Part shown: one piece after another, positions 18,388-28,108 of the stretch
How the letters are laid out: every line of letters begins with the position of its first letter
Position numbering within the stretch: the stretch's first letter is position 1
Assembly (NCBI GenBank): GCA_016839815.1
Contig: JAEOTM010000146.1
Location: forward strand, 1-42,466
Reading direction: 5' to 3'
Length of the DNA: 42,466 nt
DNA from: Candidatus Hodarchaeota archaeon
Lineage (GTDB): Archaea; Asgardarchaeota; Heimdallarchaeia; Hodarchaeales; Hodarchaeaceae
The notes under the pieces: generated by a model
Database searches by the model: none
What the model was told of the DNA's origin: nothing
Seen by the model: the letters and a program-made list of their open reading frames with translations, nothing else
Position numbers and translations under genes: made by a program

Positions 18388-19950
18388 TCATTCGGATATT
18401 CTCTTTTTCACCCGTTTTTTTGGGGGACTGGGTAGCTCACGTTCAGTCATTTCCAGTCTTCGTCTAGAGTAGTTAGCTAGAGAATTTGTTAATGCAACTT
18501 GGTCTGTAGATATTCGTTTATAATTTCCCAATGTAGGTGTATACAACGATTTAATGTCTAATTTGTAGTTATTCAGTAAATTCCATGAATTTCTAACAGC
18601 TAAAAGATCATATAAGTAATATGCTGAATCCATACACTCAACAATTTGTTTCTTTGTCTTTAAATCTAAATTTAAAATATTCGGACGGTTTAATATCTCT
18701 AACAATAACTGTAGTATCTCCACAAGCTCGTTTAGGTCCTCTTCTGCAGGATCTTTTTTTTCAAAATAGGCTCCTAATAGGTTAATCTCCGTGTTAAGCC
18801 GATCTAACTGATGAGTTAGCAATTGAGTACTGCGTACAAACTTTCTTTTATCCAATCGTTTAATAAGTAACCTTAAAGTTTTCATAGAAGCTTGAGGTTT
18901 GTAGGTTTTGGTACCTAGATGTCTTAAAAATCGAGCAAGTCTACCACTAAGCTTGAGTTGATTCGATATCTCTCTAGTTTTGCCTAAATCCAGTTTATAA
19001 TGACGATCCATTATCTCAAGGACAAATTGAGGTTCAACGTCAGTTGGATATCCTAATTCTGTTAATAAGAAATACGACTCTAAAATTCGTGTCGGATTCT
19101 CTATATCCGTTAATCGCTTTTTAAGGAAGGAAGAAAGTAGCAAACGATCGCTTTCGGTTAGATGTTCTAGTTTTCCTAGTCGATGAATGAGAAATGTAAA
19201 TCCGACAATAGAATCCTCAACAAGTGAAGATTCTAGCCCCTGTTCAATCAATCTAAAAACAAATTCTGACACGATATCATTCAAGTGTTCTTTTGGTCCC
19301 ATTATTAACGATGAGATATCCATTAATGTGTTAAGATTGTTTATCTCGTGCGGGGAAGTAGAAAACCTTTCTACTATCCGATTCATTTCTTTTTCTCCCT
19401 CTACTGTGATCCGTTTGACAAAAGAATAATTAGACAGCTGGGTAATTGTATCCTCTGGAACTCTAAATTCTTCAACTAGTTCATTCAATACCTTTTCAGA
19501 TTGCTTTTTTCCTTGAATACTTCCTTCTAATAAACCCTGCAATAATTCTTGTGGTATTTCTTCGTTTGTTTCCTTTGCGATACTGTAGGATAACGGAATG
19601 GATATTTTTTCAAGGAGAGATTCCACTCGTTCAAGCTTATCTAAGATCTGTTGATGTTCATCTGTTAATTGGGAAAGAGAATTGGTAATAAGCTGATCAA
19701 GATCTCTCCGTGAGGAGTAAGCCCCAAGTTCCTCATGTACCACCTCTCGTACTTGTTTTAGCCTATCAGGTGTTAACTTGTTCTTTAAAAAGTCTTTTCC
19801 GAACTTTGATTCCAGCTTTCCATCAATTCGCTCTACCAAATAGGACTTTGCAATTTTCTTACGAGAAATATTGGCTGTGTACTCAGCTACAACCGCTTTG
19901 ATGAGCGCTGCGACAGTTAAGCCTGCAAAGCCTATAAATGGAGCAACCAC
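18388..19950 (-). CDS. Hypothetical all-helical protein (520 aa)
   Basis: Long Leu/Glu-rich ORF with hydrophobic N-terminal helix, coiled coil and basic C-terminal tail; no recognised catalytic motif. Confidence 0.8.
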   Translation of the reverse strand: MVAPFIGFAGLTVAALIKAVVAEYTANISRKKIAKSYLVERIDGKLESKFGKDFLKNKLTPDRLKQVREVVHEELGAYSSRRDLDQLITNSLSQLTDEHQQILDKLERVESLLEKISIPLSYSIAKETNEEIPQELLQGLLEGSIQGKKQSEKVLNELVEEFRVPEDTITQLSNYSFVKRITVEGEKEMNRIVERFSTSPHEINNLNTLMDISSLIMGPKEHLNDIVSEFVFRLIEQGLESSLVEDSIVGFTFLIHRLGKLEHLTESDRLLLSSFLKKRLTDIENPTRILESYFLLTELGYPTDVEPQFVLEIMDRHYKLDLGKTREISNQLKLSGRLARFLRHLGTKTYKPQASMKTLRLLIKRLDKRKFVRSTQLLTHQLDRLNTEINLLGAYFEKKDPAEEDLNELVEILQLLLEILNRPNILNLDLKTKKQIVECMDSAYYLYDLLAVRNSWNLLNNYKLDIKSLYTPTLGNYKRISTDQVALTNSLANYSRRRLEMTERELPSPPKKRVKKRISE

Positions 19951-20116
19951 AATTATTCACTATTAACTATTAATTCCCAAGCTCTTTAAAATATAACTCA
20001 ACATACCACTTATAGAAGACGACGAGGTACAAATTTTTCTTTCAGCGGAAACTTTGTTCAAGAAATCCCTTACAGAGGGCAATGTGATTACTTTTCGTCG
20101 TTCAGAGGCATCTACA

Positions 20117-20962
20117 ATGAAGAAATACTCCATCACTGATTTATGGCTTCGTGTTATTCTTTTCTTTTCAATTTGTGTTGTTCTAATTTTCAGTTTTCAA
20201 GTATTTGTACTCCCCCTCGTGACTACCGTGTTTAACAACGGCGAGGAATACCCTGAAACAATAGGAATAAATATTCAAAGGGCAATGAACGGGATAGTGG
20301 GAATTGGACTGGTTTATGTTTTCTTACGGATGGATCGACTTAAAATAAAAGTATCGGGTTTTGAATGGAATAAATACATGGTAAAAGAATGGATCCTTTT
20401 GAGTATTCCAATTGCCCTTGCAGGGTTAATCCCTACTGTAATAATCGAGAATATTTTTGAGATTATAGAGATTAAGGATCTTCTTGATATATATGGAATA
20501 ATTTTAACACTCTTTGTGACCATTTTCATGATCGGGATCGGGGAAGAAATTCTTTTCCGGGGGTATCTGCAAAGAATCTTGGAATCAAGGTACACTTTTC
20601 GGAATTCAGCTATAATATCAGCATTTCTCTTCGGATTTTTACATTTCTGGTTGGCAGGTACTACTGGTAACGTGAAATATATGATAGCAATTCTTTTTAG
20701 CGCTTTTGCTATTGGACTAACATTTTCATACGCTTTCAAGATTACAAACTATAATTTGATCTTTCCTGTTGCTATTCACGGCTTTTGGGACTTCTTTCTC
20801 TTCATTTTTGAAGCTGATTTTTCTTATGATACTTGGTTACAAGTTGTCATGGAAATCTCTGCCTCAATTATCGGTGCAATAGTGATTTTTCTCCTTGTCA
20901 AATATTATGCTGAGAACTATCAGAAGATCCCAAATCAAGATTCAGAAGAAGTATCTGTATGA
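20117..20962 (+). CDS. CPBP/Abi (Rce1-like) intramembrane metalloprotease
   Basis: EEILFRG, F...H, AIHGFWD motifs and multiple TMs. ATG 20117 follows GAGG. Confidence 0.92.
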   Translation: MKKYSITDLWLRVILFFSICVVLIFSFQVFVLPLVTTVFNNGEEYPETIGINIQRAMNGIVGIGLVYVFLRMDRLKIKVSGFEWNKYMVKEWILLSIPIALAGLIPTVIIENIFEIIEIKDLLDIYGIILTLFVTIFMIGIGEEILFRGYLQRILESRYTFRNSAIISAFLFGFLHFWLAGTTGNVKYMIAILFSAFAIGLTFSYAFKITNYNLIFPVAIHGFWDFFLFIFEADFSYDTWLQVVMEISASIIGAIVIFLLVKYYAENYQKIPNQDSEEVSV

Positions 20963-21783
20963 AAGAAAAAATAAGCATTACTTTAGTCCAAATGGATGTA
21001 GTGGTAGGCAAAAAAGATAATAATTTAGCTAAAATTGAATCTATGATTGCAAAAAGTACTTCCTCGGAGTTAAAAAAGCATTCTCACATTATTTGTCTCC
21101 CAGAGTTGTGTTCTACTGGATTCGATTTAAAAAATTATAAGGAAATTGCAGAGAAAATACCTGAAGGCAGATCATTCCAGTTTTTACAGAAGCTTGCAGT
21201 GAAACACTCTGTGTATCTAATTACCAGTATTATTGAAGAATTTGAAGGTGAATACTATAACTGTGCCATTTGTATTGACCCTTCTGGGAATTTACTCACA
21301 AAATATCGGAAAGTTCACCTTTTTCCGCTGAAACCGATGGAGGAGGCTGAATTTTTCACCAGCGGTGAAATTTTTGGTCCTTCCAACATGCAAACAATTT
21401 TCAATGTAGATGGAATGAACATCGGTGTTTTGGTTTGTTTTGATGTTCGTTATCCCGAGATTAGTCGTCGATTAGTCGTAGATGGGGCTGATTGCCTTAT
21501 TTATTTGGCAGAATTTCCTAATCCTAGAGATGATGTTTGGAGTACATTACTGAAAGCAAGAGCGATTGAAAATCAGATCTTTGTTGCTGGAGTGAATCGA
21601 GTTGGAGGGAATATAGAAGCCTCATTTTTCGGTAAATCTATGGTAGTAGACCCATTTGGCAATACTTTAGTCCAAGGTACAGATCAAGAAGAAATATTGA
21701 TGATTACACTAGATCCAACCCTCCTCGCAGATGCTAAATCCTTTATCCCCACTCTAGATCTTCGTCGATCAAACCAATATTAG
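20959..21783 (+). CDS. Nitrilase-family amidase (Nit2/YafV/MtnU omega-amidase-like)
   Basis: LPELCSTGF, YRKVHLF, VCFDVRYPE, ARAIENQ, NRVG; ATGA overlap with the CPBP gene. Confidence 0.88.
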   Translation: MKEKISITLVQMDVVVGKKDNNLAKIESMIAKSTSSELKKHSHIICLPELCSTGFDLKNYKEIAEKIPEGRSFQFLQKLAVKHSVYLITSIIEEFEGEYYNCAICIDPSGNLLTKYRKVHLFPLKPMEEAEFFTSGEIFGPSNMQTIFNVDGMNIGVLVCFDVRYPEISRRLVVDGADCLIYLAEFPNPRDDVWSTLLKARAIENQIFVAGVNRVGGNIEASFFGKSMVVDPFGNTLVQGTDQEEILMITLDPTLLADAKSFIPTLDLRRSNQY

Positions 21784-21792
21784 AATAAAAAT

Positions 21793-23979
21793 CTAAATTG
21801 TTATTTGCGAGCCGAGGGAGGGGATTTTCATTGTTTCAAGGTCGTACTGCTCTCGTTTGTTCTCCTTGGATATTGTAAAGGGATCTTTAGTAATTTCACC
21901 AAGATGTACAAGAGCTTTCATTCCTTTCGTGGAGGAAAAAAACTTATGTAACGTGGTATTACTCGAATGGGCACTGAATCGCGTATACACAATTTTTTGT
22001 TTATATTCAGATTCTAATCCATGGAGTAGTCTGAAAGCTAAAGTATTCTTGGCTAGGTATCCACATAAAATAATCGAGGTATTGGGATCAGTTTTTGTTT
22101 CCTCAACAAGCATTCGAGCATGACCACCGTTTAACATTCCTCCTCCAGCAATAATAACCTCATTCTCAAAGGGTTGGGCAAGTCGATCACTTAAATGAGC
22201 TTTTGTTTTTAATCCAGATATCCTGGTAACCTTAGAGGCCATACCTAGTAAGGTAACCTTATGGTTTCTAGTTATTCCTTCTTTTTCAAGTTTTAATAAT
22301 ATTTCTTGAGCTCTTCCAACACTAAAGGCAGGAATTATGACTCTATCTGATTCTTTTATTGTTTGAAATAGCAATTTATCTCGGATAGCGGAATCAATCT
22401 CTGGTTGCAAATAATATGTGCCATCAACAATCGAAAGATCGGAATCAAGAGGAATATCAGGAATTTTTTGACGAAATAGCGCACAGGGATCAAAATTTAT
22501 GTCACCCGTAAATAAAACTTTCTTTCCATTACTTTCAATCTGATAAGCATATGACCCCTGAATATGATGAGCATTAAAGGGTTTAACTATAATATCTGGT
22601 GTTATTTGATACTCTTCACCTGATTTAATGGGGATAAAACGTTCTAACATTTGATAAAGGAATGATTCATGTGCTAAGGCTTTAAAACGATAATCCGAAG
22701 CCAGAACAGCTTGTGAAAAATTCTGAGACATCAGTTTTTGACTATCAGCAAGTAAGTAACTGGAAAGTTGCTTTGTCATTGAGCTACCAAAGATATATCC
22801 AGAGTAACCTTGACTAAATAGATATGGGATAGCTCCAGAATGATCCAGATGTGCATGCGTAAGGAAAATACCATCAATATTCGGTAAACTTTCATGCCAA
22901 TAAGGAATTTGGTAGTTTGCAACAGATAAACCGTAATCTATCAAGATATTTGACGTAGGAGTTGAAATCAGAATTCCCATGGTACCAATTTGCGCTCCTC
23001 CTAAAAAAGTTATTATTAGATCCTTTTCTTTGCTTAAAACTGGATAAGCTAATCTTTCAAGATATCCAGGCAAGATCTCTTTTGGAATTGTTGAAGGAAG
23101 CTTCGTAGCGTGAACAGTGTTTGCAGAGATTTCCTTGATATTTGGTTTCACATACGCGTTATGGCTTAAAGGGATCGAAACGATACATTTTTTCTTTCGT
23201 TGGGACTCTAATTCACTAAAAAAGCTTTCATTTGAATCATATTTAGAAATTTTCCATTTATCGAAAAATTGAGCTAATTTTTGTTTAGTAATCTGGTTTA
23301 AAACTGTGTGATCTACCCATTTCTTCAAGATAGGAACAGATTTGTCATAGTTTAATTTTTCAACCATTTCTGGAATATATTCAGGATAATTTTGGCATGA
23401 ATTAATTGGTAATTCGGTGAGGGTATTTAGCTCTTTCTTTCGCTTTGGAAAAGCTTCTGAAAACTTCTTAATGAGTTCATCAAACCCTGTAGGAGGAATT
23501 CCTAAGAATCGAATCATTTGTACTAGTTTTTCAATAGGATCTTCCTTAGAAGAAACATAAAAACTAATTAAATCAACAATACTCTCGTTAATCTTAATTA
23601 ATGTAAATTTAGGATCAAGACTATGAGTATAAAGGAATCTAACAACACTTCTAAAATCCTCTATATCAAGAAAGTCGAGAAAAACCCCAATCTGAACAAA
23701 AATAAGGACTTGGTCCTGCTGTTCAAGTAGTTTTTCCGTTTCAGTGTATTCACTTTTAAAAATGCATTGAATTCTTTGCCAAAGAGTATTTTCAACCTTA
23801 AAAAGGTCATGCTTTACCCAATTCGTCCGCGATATTAACCAGAATAACTGAGATTTCTCTTTAGTTTTTAAAATGAGTATCTTTTTCGCAATTTCTTCTT
23901 CAATAGATTGTTCTGTAGTTTCATTTAGAGTAATACTCAGATCCTTAATAAGAGTAGATGGAGTAGTCAGATTCCTCAC
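21793..23979 (-). CDS. Metallo-beta-lactamase/beta-CASP ribonuclease (CPSF73/aCPSF-like) with ~320-aa N-terminal helical extension
   Basis: FLGGAQIG, IDYG, THAHLDHSG, AHHIQGS, FTGD, DGTY, IPAFSVGRAQE, GML.GG, FSAH, LVH. Confidence 0.88.
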   Translation of the reverse strand: MRNLTTPSTLIKDLSITLNETTEQSIEEEIAKKILILKTKEKSQLFWLISRTNWVKHDLFKVENTLWQRIQCIFKSEYTETEKLLEQQDQVLIFVQIGVFLDFLDIEDFRSVVRFLYTHSLDPKFTLIKINESIVDLISFYVSSKEDPIEKLVQMIRFLGIPPTGFDELIKKFSEAFPKRKKELNTLTELPINSCQNYPEYIPEMVEKLNYDKSVPILKKWVDHTVLNQITKQKLAQFFDKWKISKYDSNESFFSELESQRKKKCIVSIPLSHNAYVKPNIKEISANTVHATKLPSTIPKEILPGYLERLAYPVLSKEKDLIITFLGGAQIGTMGILISTPTSNILIDYGLSVANYQIPYWHESLPNIDGIFLTHAHLDHSGAIPYLFSQGYSGYIFGSSMTKQLSSYLLADSQKLMSQNFSQAVLASDYRFKALAHESFLYQMLERFIPIKSGEEYQITPDIIVKPFNAHHIQGSYAYQIESNGKKVLFTGDINFDPCALFRQKIPDIPLDSDLSIVDGTYYLQPEIDSAIRDKLLFQTIKESDRVIIPAFSVGRAQEILLKLEKEGITRNHKVTLLGMASKVTRISGLKTKAHLSDRLAQPFENEVIIAGGGMLNGGHARMLVEETKTDPNTSIILCGYLAKNTLAFRLLHGLESEYKQKIVYTRFSAHSSNTTLHKFFSSTKGMKALVHLGEITKDPFTISKENKREQYDLETMKIPSLGSQITI

Positions 23980-24004
23980 CTTTAATAAATGGTTTAATTT
24001 ATGC

Positions 24005-25420
24005 TTAAAGTACTGGTGTAATAGTATAATCGATATAACCCTTTACAAGTACTGATTCAATAGCAAAAAATTCGGTAGCGGGAATTAATCCTTCTAAAAC
24101 TAACGCACGATTGATTAAATCAATTTTCCAATGAGATGTAGCCGCTGTTGTACCACCACGATACTCTTGATTTTCTTTCAACCAACTAACCACAACATCA
24201 CCCTCTAATCTTGCTTTAGAAACAAGAATAGCAATAAATTCATTTAATGCGGGAATTCCGTACATATTTTCTAGAACATCCAGTCCTATATTAATGAGGA
24301 TTGTTTGTTCATTTTCTGCTCGGAAATTTTGTTTGATCTCTTCAATTTGATCAAGTAGTTCCTCAATTGTTTGAGGTAATGCAATTCTGTGAGGTTCTTT
24401 TCCTGGAACAAATCTCTCAAAAGTGATAGTTTGGTCTATCCAATTCTTATTTCCTGTAAATACATCGAAATATGGTTGTTTAGTATCAAAGGTAATTCCC
24501 TCACGTAAGATACTAATAACTGCACGATTATTATTCAAATGGTTTGTAATGAGAGGAAATAGGATAATATCTAGTCCATCACCGACAATTGTAGATACCT
24601 CAAACAAATTGTAAGACCCTTTTTGAAATCCTCCACCTAAGAGAGAATCAAAATCTACTGATCCAGAAGAAATATGTTGTTCATCAGAATCTGGAATCGA
24701 TTTGGATTTAAGCAATATTGCTGGAAAGCGATATTTAAAGGGGGGAAAAGTTTTCATACGCCCTTTCGTTAGTGTAGATAAATAGGTTTCATTGGAAATT
24801 TCGATTCCTCGCATTTTAGGAAATGTAAGCTCTCGAATTCTTCGTGAAATCCCATGTGATGAAGTAATATTCCTTTTGCTTAGTATTGCATGACCATCGA
24901 CCATCCAATCAAGTGTTGAGTCTTTAATACCCTCTTCAACAAAGATTATTTTATCATTTTTACCCTGAACTCTTTGAACAATCGCCGACTCCCAATGGTG
25001 GATCTGAGTCTCAGATAAATTTCCTATAACCGCATTCCAGCTATCGATTACAAATATCCGGTGTTTTAATTTTGGTCCCAAGGTAAAAAGCTGTTGAACG
25101 AATTCAGGAATTGTTTCAAAATTCATTTTTTGTATAGACTTACTTTTTGTGACCTTTCCTGACCGTGTGGCATCAATAAAAAATGGATATTTACGATCTT
25201 TAGGAATTATTTCACTCAACCATAACGAATCTTCAAGAATTGCTTCTGGATCAATACGTGTACTTATAAAAAAGGAATTTGGTGATCTAGCTACCAATTC
25301 AAGTGCTAAACTTGATTTCCCAGTCCCAGGTAACCCTTTAATTAGTAATGAATAACTCTTATCAGTAATTGCGAAATTTGAGAATTCCTCTGGTAGTAAA
25401 TTTTTGAATGTGCTCATCAC
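24005..25420 (-). CDS. GvpD-like / KaiC-RAD55 family ATPase with two RecA-fold domains, the second degenerate
   Basis: SLLIKGLPGTGKS Walker A, VIDSW Walker B, LDWMVDG, R.L...KMRG, then SSG..DFD.LLGGG starting a second domain without a Walker A lysine. Confidence 0.82.
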   Translation of the reverse strand: MMSTFKNLLPEEFSNFAITDKSYSLLIKGLPGTGKSSLALELVARSPNSFFISTRIDPEAILEDSLWLSEIIPKDRKYPFFIDATRSGKVTKSKSIQKMNFETIPEFVQQLFTLGPKLKHRIFVIDSWNAVIGNLSETQIHHWESAIVQRVQGKNDKIIFVEEGIKDSTLDWMVDGHAILSKRNITSSHGISRRIRELTFPKMRGIEISNETYLSTLTKGRMKTFPPFKYRFPAILLKSKSIPDSDEQHISSGSVDFDSLLGGGFQKGSYNLFEVSTIVGDGLDIILFPLITNHLNNNRAVISILREGITFDTKQPYFDVFTGNKNWIDQTITFERFVPGKEPHRIALPQTIEELLDQIEEIKQNFRAENEQTILINIGLDVLENMYGIPALNEFIAILVSKARLEGDVVVSWLKENQEYRGGTTAATSHWKIDLINRALVLEGLIPATEFFAIESVLVKGYIDYTITPVL

Positions 25421-25478
25421 ATAACTCTCGAAATTTCATTATAAATCGTTCAGATGGCTTACTTAATTTTTACAAGAG

Positions 25479-25790
25479 TTACTGGTTTAAAAACACTTGG
25501 AGTTGATCAAAGTCATGGAATAATTTAATTTTATTTGACAAAGTTGGTTCCATTAGATTATTAATTGGGTCTAATAATAAAATTTGGTTTTTAGAAACGC
25601 GAGAAAGCTCTCTTTCTGCAGCTAATAATCCTGCAAGGGTTTTGCTAACACCTAATGTATAGTTCTTCTTACGAAATCTCTTCTTTGAGCGTAGTTCTAT
25701 TGATACGTATTTCTGATGTGATGAGATGGTTTCGAGTTCAAAACCACAGAATGTGACTGTTGACCTTATTTGATTGATAATTTGCTTCAT
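25479..25790 (-). CDS. Hypothetical small alpha/beta protein (103 aa)
   Basis: ATG start with GAGGT RBS; co-oriented upstream of the ATPase. Confidence 0.7.
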   Translation of the reverse strand: MKQIINQIRSTVTFCGFELETISSHQKYVSIELRSKKRFRKKNYTLGVSKTLAGLLAAERELSRVSKNQILLLDPINNLMEPTLSNKIKLFHDFDQLQVFLNQ

Positions 25791-25895
25791 GTCAATGTTA
25801 CCTCACAGCTGTTCAATGCTAGATTTCAGAACGAATTATGTTGATTTTATGAATCATCTTTTAAAAAGGTTCTATATACATTCTTCTTGTTTCTT

Positions 25896-26957
25896 CTAGT
25901 TCATGTATTTTTGAATTAGTTGCTGCTTAGAGAGTATACCATGCGGAGTAATATAGCCAGTTAATAATTCAGCAGGAGTGACATCAAATGCGGGATTATA
26001 ACAATGAGTATTATCCTGGTATGCTTGAATAGAAGTCTGTTCCTTCGAGATTGTAGAAATACCTCTGACTTCATAAATTTCCTGTGGATCACGTTTCTCA
26101 ATTCTAATATCTGCTCCTGATTCTGAGTTGATATCGAATGTAGTATCTGGAAAAGCCGAGTAAAATGGAATGGAATAATATTTGGCGATTACTGCTAGAT
26201 TATGGGTTCCAATCTTGTTTGCTACATCTCCATTTCGAGTAACCCGATCAGCTCCCAGAATCACTAAATCGACTTTCCCTGTTGCCATTAAGTGTCCGCT
26301 TGCGGAATCACAAATAACAGTATGATTAACTCCATATTGCCTTAATTCCCATGAAGTTAGTCGTCCTTGCATACGAGGACGAGTTTCGTCAACATAAACA
26401 TGAAAACGCACCCCTTCTTTCCAAGATGCGATTAATGGGGCAATTGCAGATCCATAATCTACTAAAGCCAACGCTCCGGTATGGCAATGAGTAAGAATAT
26501 TCATATTTTCTTTGATCAGACTTTTTCCTACCTCTCCAATTTTCTTTCCTTGCATAGAAATTCTAGATGCGAATTTTTGGGCATATACGATTGCTTCTTT
26601 TGCTGAATCTGTCCATATTTCTCTCACATAGTCCAACCCATTCTTTAAATCAACAGCTGTCGGTCGTGACGATAATAACTGGTCATAAGCAGATTGGATA
26701 TTTGACAAATAATCATCCTTCCCCCAAAATTCGTTTATAGCCTGTGCTAAACCATAAGCGGCTGCAGCTCCAATTGATGGAGCTCCACGAATTTTCATTG
26801 TTTTTATTGCATCCACAACATCCAGATACGTTTTGCAGGAATGAATAGAACATTGAAAGGGTAGTTTTGTTTGATCAATGAGCTGAACGATTTTTTGTTC
26901 AGAATGCCACCACACTGCGGGTAAATCAGTTTCTCTTCCATCGACGGTAAGTTTCAT
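25896..26957 (-). CDS. mtnA: S-methyl-5-thioribose-1-phosphate isomerase (eIF-2B family)
   Basis: IDQTKLP, IRGAPSIG, SRPTAVDL, LTHCHTGALA, DETRP..QG.LT.WEL, GADR, ANKIGT, NPAFDVTP. Confidence 0.92.
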   Translation of the reverse strand: MKLTVDGRETDLPAVWWHSEQKIVQLIDQTKLPFQCSIHSCKTYLDVVDAIKTMKIRGAPSIGAAAAYGLAQAINEFWGKDDYLSNIQSAYDQLLSSRPTAVDLKNGLDYVREIWTDSAKEAIVYAQKFASRISMQGKKIGEVGKSLIKENMNILTHCHTGALALVDYGSAIAPLIASWKEGVRFHVYVDETRPRMQGRLTSWELRQYGVNHTVICDSASGHLMATGKVDLVILGADRVTRNGDVANKIGTHNLAVIAKYYSIPFYSAFPDTTFDINSESGADIRIEKRDPQEIYEVRGISTISKEQTSIQAYQDNTHCYNPAFDVTPAELLTGYITPHGILSKQQLIQKYMN

Positions 26958-27081
26958 GATGAATTACTCTCTAGACTTTCATTTTTTTACGGAATGATTG
27001 GTACTGAAGATTTATTTTCTTATACCATACATCCACCTGTATAGGTGTAATATTTTTAGATAGATTTTGGACGACTCTTTG

Positions 27082-28083
27082 ATGATTTATCTTCTCGTAA
27101 AACTTGCTAGATTTGTCACACAAAAAGAACAGGATCAGCTTGCTAAGGAATTGAATTATACATTAGGGGAATACTCTAATATCGTTCGAATTGTCAATGA
27201 TACTTGGGGGAGTCGAAATAGACTTTTAATTCAGCTTCCTGATGTTACAAAGCTCTCGTCAAAAATTCGGAAAACGATTTTACATTCTCCAGGAGTTAAC
27301 ACTTTAGTTCTTTTCACAAAAGACAATTTTGAATATGAAACGAGTTCATTATCTCACTTATTAACCACCTTAGAAGATTATATTTCTAATACTGTAAAAA
27401 CTAATACTGTGGAAATTAATTTTCAAGCTTTTGGTCGTGTACCATTTCATAAAAAAGCTCTTCTCGACCGATTGAAGAAGAAAGGAATTCTTCATCAAAA
27501 AGCAGCAAAATTTCATCTGTATCTTGAAGTAAAACAGGATATTCAGGTAAAAGAGTCAATCCCCATTATTAAAGTTCGTTTAGGAGAAAAATTTCTCATG
27601 AACGCCTCTGTAGAGAATAAACCTGAACCTCCATCACTGGTTTTATATTCTCCTTATACTACACAGGAAGTAGCTGACTTTTTTCGCTTGGCTCTGACTT
27701 TTAATGTAAATCTCTTGTTTACTGATGAAAATAGATCTGTAAAACAAGTAATCGCAAAAGTTGAAACCACAATATTCAAGGGAATCTCAAAAGTAAAGTA
27801 TCGAGTAGTCCCATCTCTCACCAAGATTCTACAAGAAAATGAGAAAGAAGGCATCTTTGGGTTTTCTTTATGGGGATCAGAACCAATAATAAACTTACCA
27901 AAAGTAATAGCTTCAACTGGAAAAAATACCAGAGAATTATTCTTTATCTTTGGAAATGAAGAGACTGGCATCCCTTTAGCTGTAAGAAAATTAGTAAAAA
28001 TGTTTTATATAGGAAATAAGGCTTCAGAACCTCTTCGTGCTTCTCAAGCAGCTGCGTACGCACTCGGGTTGCTCAAAATCTAG
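27082..28083 (+). CDS. Putative SPOUT RNA methyltransferase with N-terminal THUMP-like region
   Basis: C-terminal trefoil-knot motif FIFGNEETGIP and PLRASQAAAYAL; N-terminal alpha/beta ferredoxin/THUMP-like pattern. ATG 27082 (track TTG 27067). Confidence 0.65.
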   Translation: MIYLLVKLARFVTQKEQDQLAKELNYTLGEYSNIVRIVNDTWGSRNRLLIQLPDVTKLSSKIRKTILHSPGVNTLVLFTKDNFEYETSSLSHLLTTLEDYISNTVKTNTVEINFQAFGRVPFHKKALLDRLKKKGILHQKAAKFHLYLEVKQDIQVKESIPIIKVRLGEKFLMNASVENKPEPPSLVLYSPYTTQEVADFFRLALTFNVNLLFTDENRSVKQVIAKVETTIFKGISKVKYRVVPSLTKILQENEKEGIFGFSLWGSEPIINLPKVIASTGKNTRELFFIFGNEETGIPLAVRKLVKMFYIGNKASEPLRASQAAAYALGLLKI

Positions 28084-28108
28084 GATTTTATGATAGATTA
28101 AACTTTGC

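Noticed and set aside
24005-25420. Gas vesicle cluster or circadian clock
   Set aside because: No gvpA/other gvp or kaiA/kaiB genes in the window; the second domain is degenerate. Only the ATPase family is supported.
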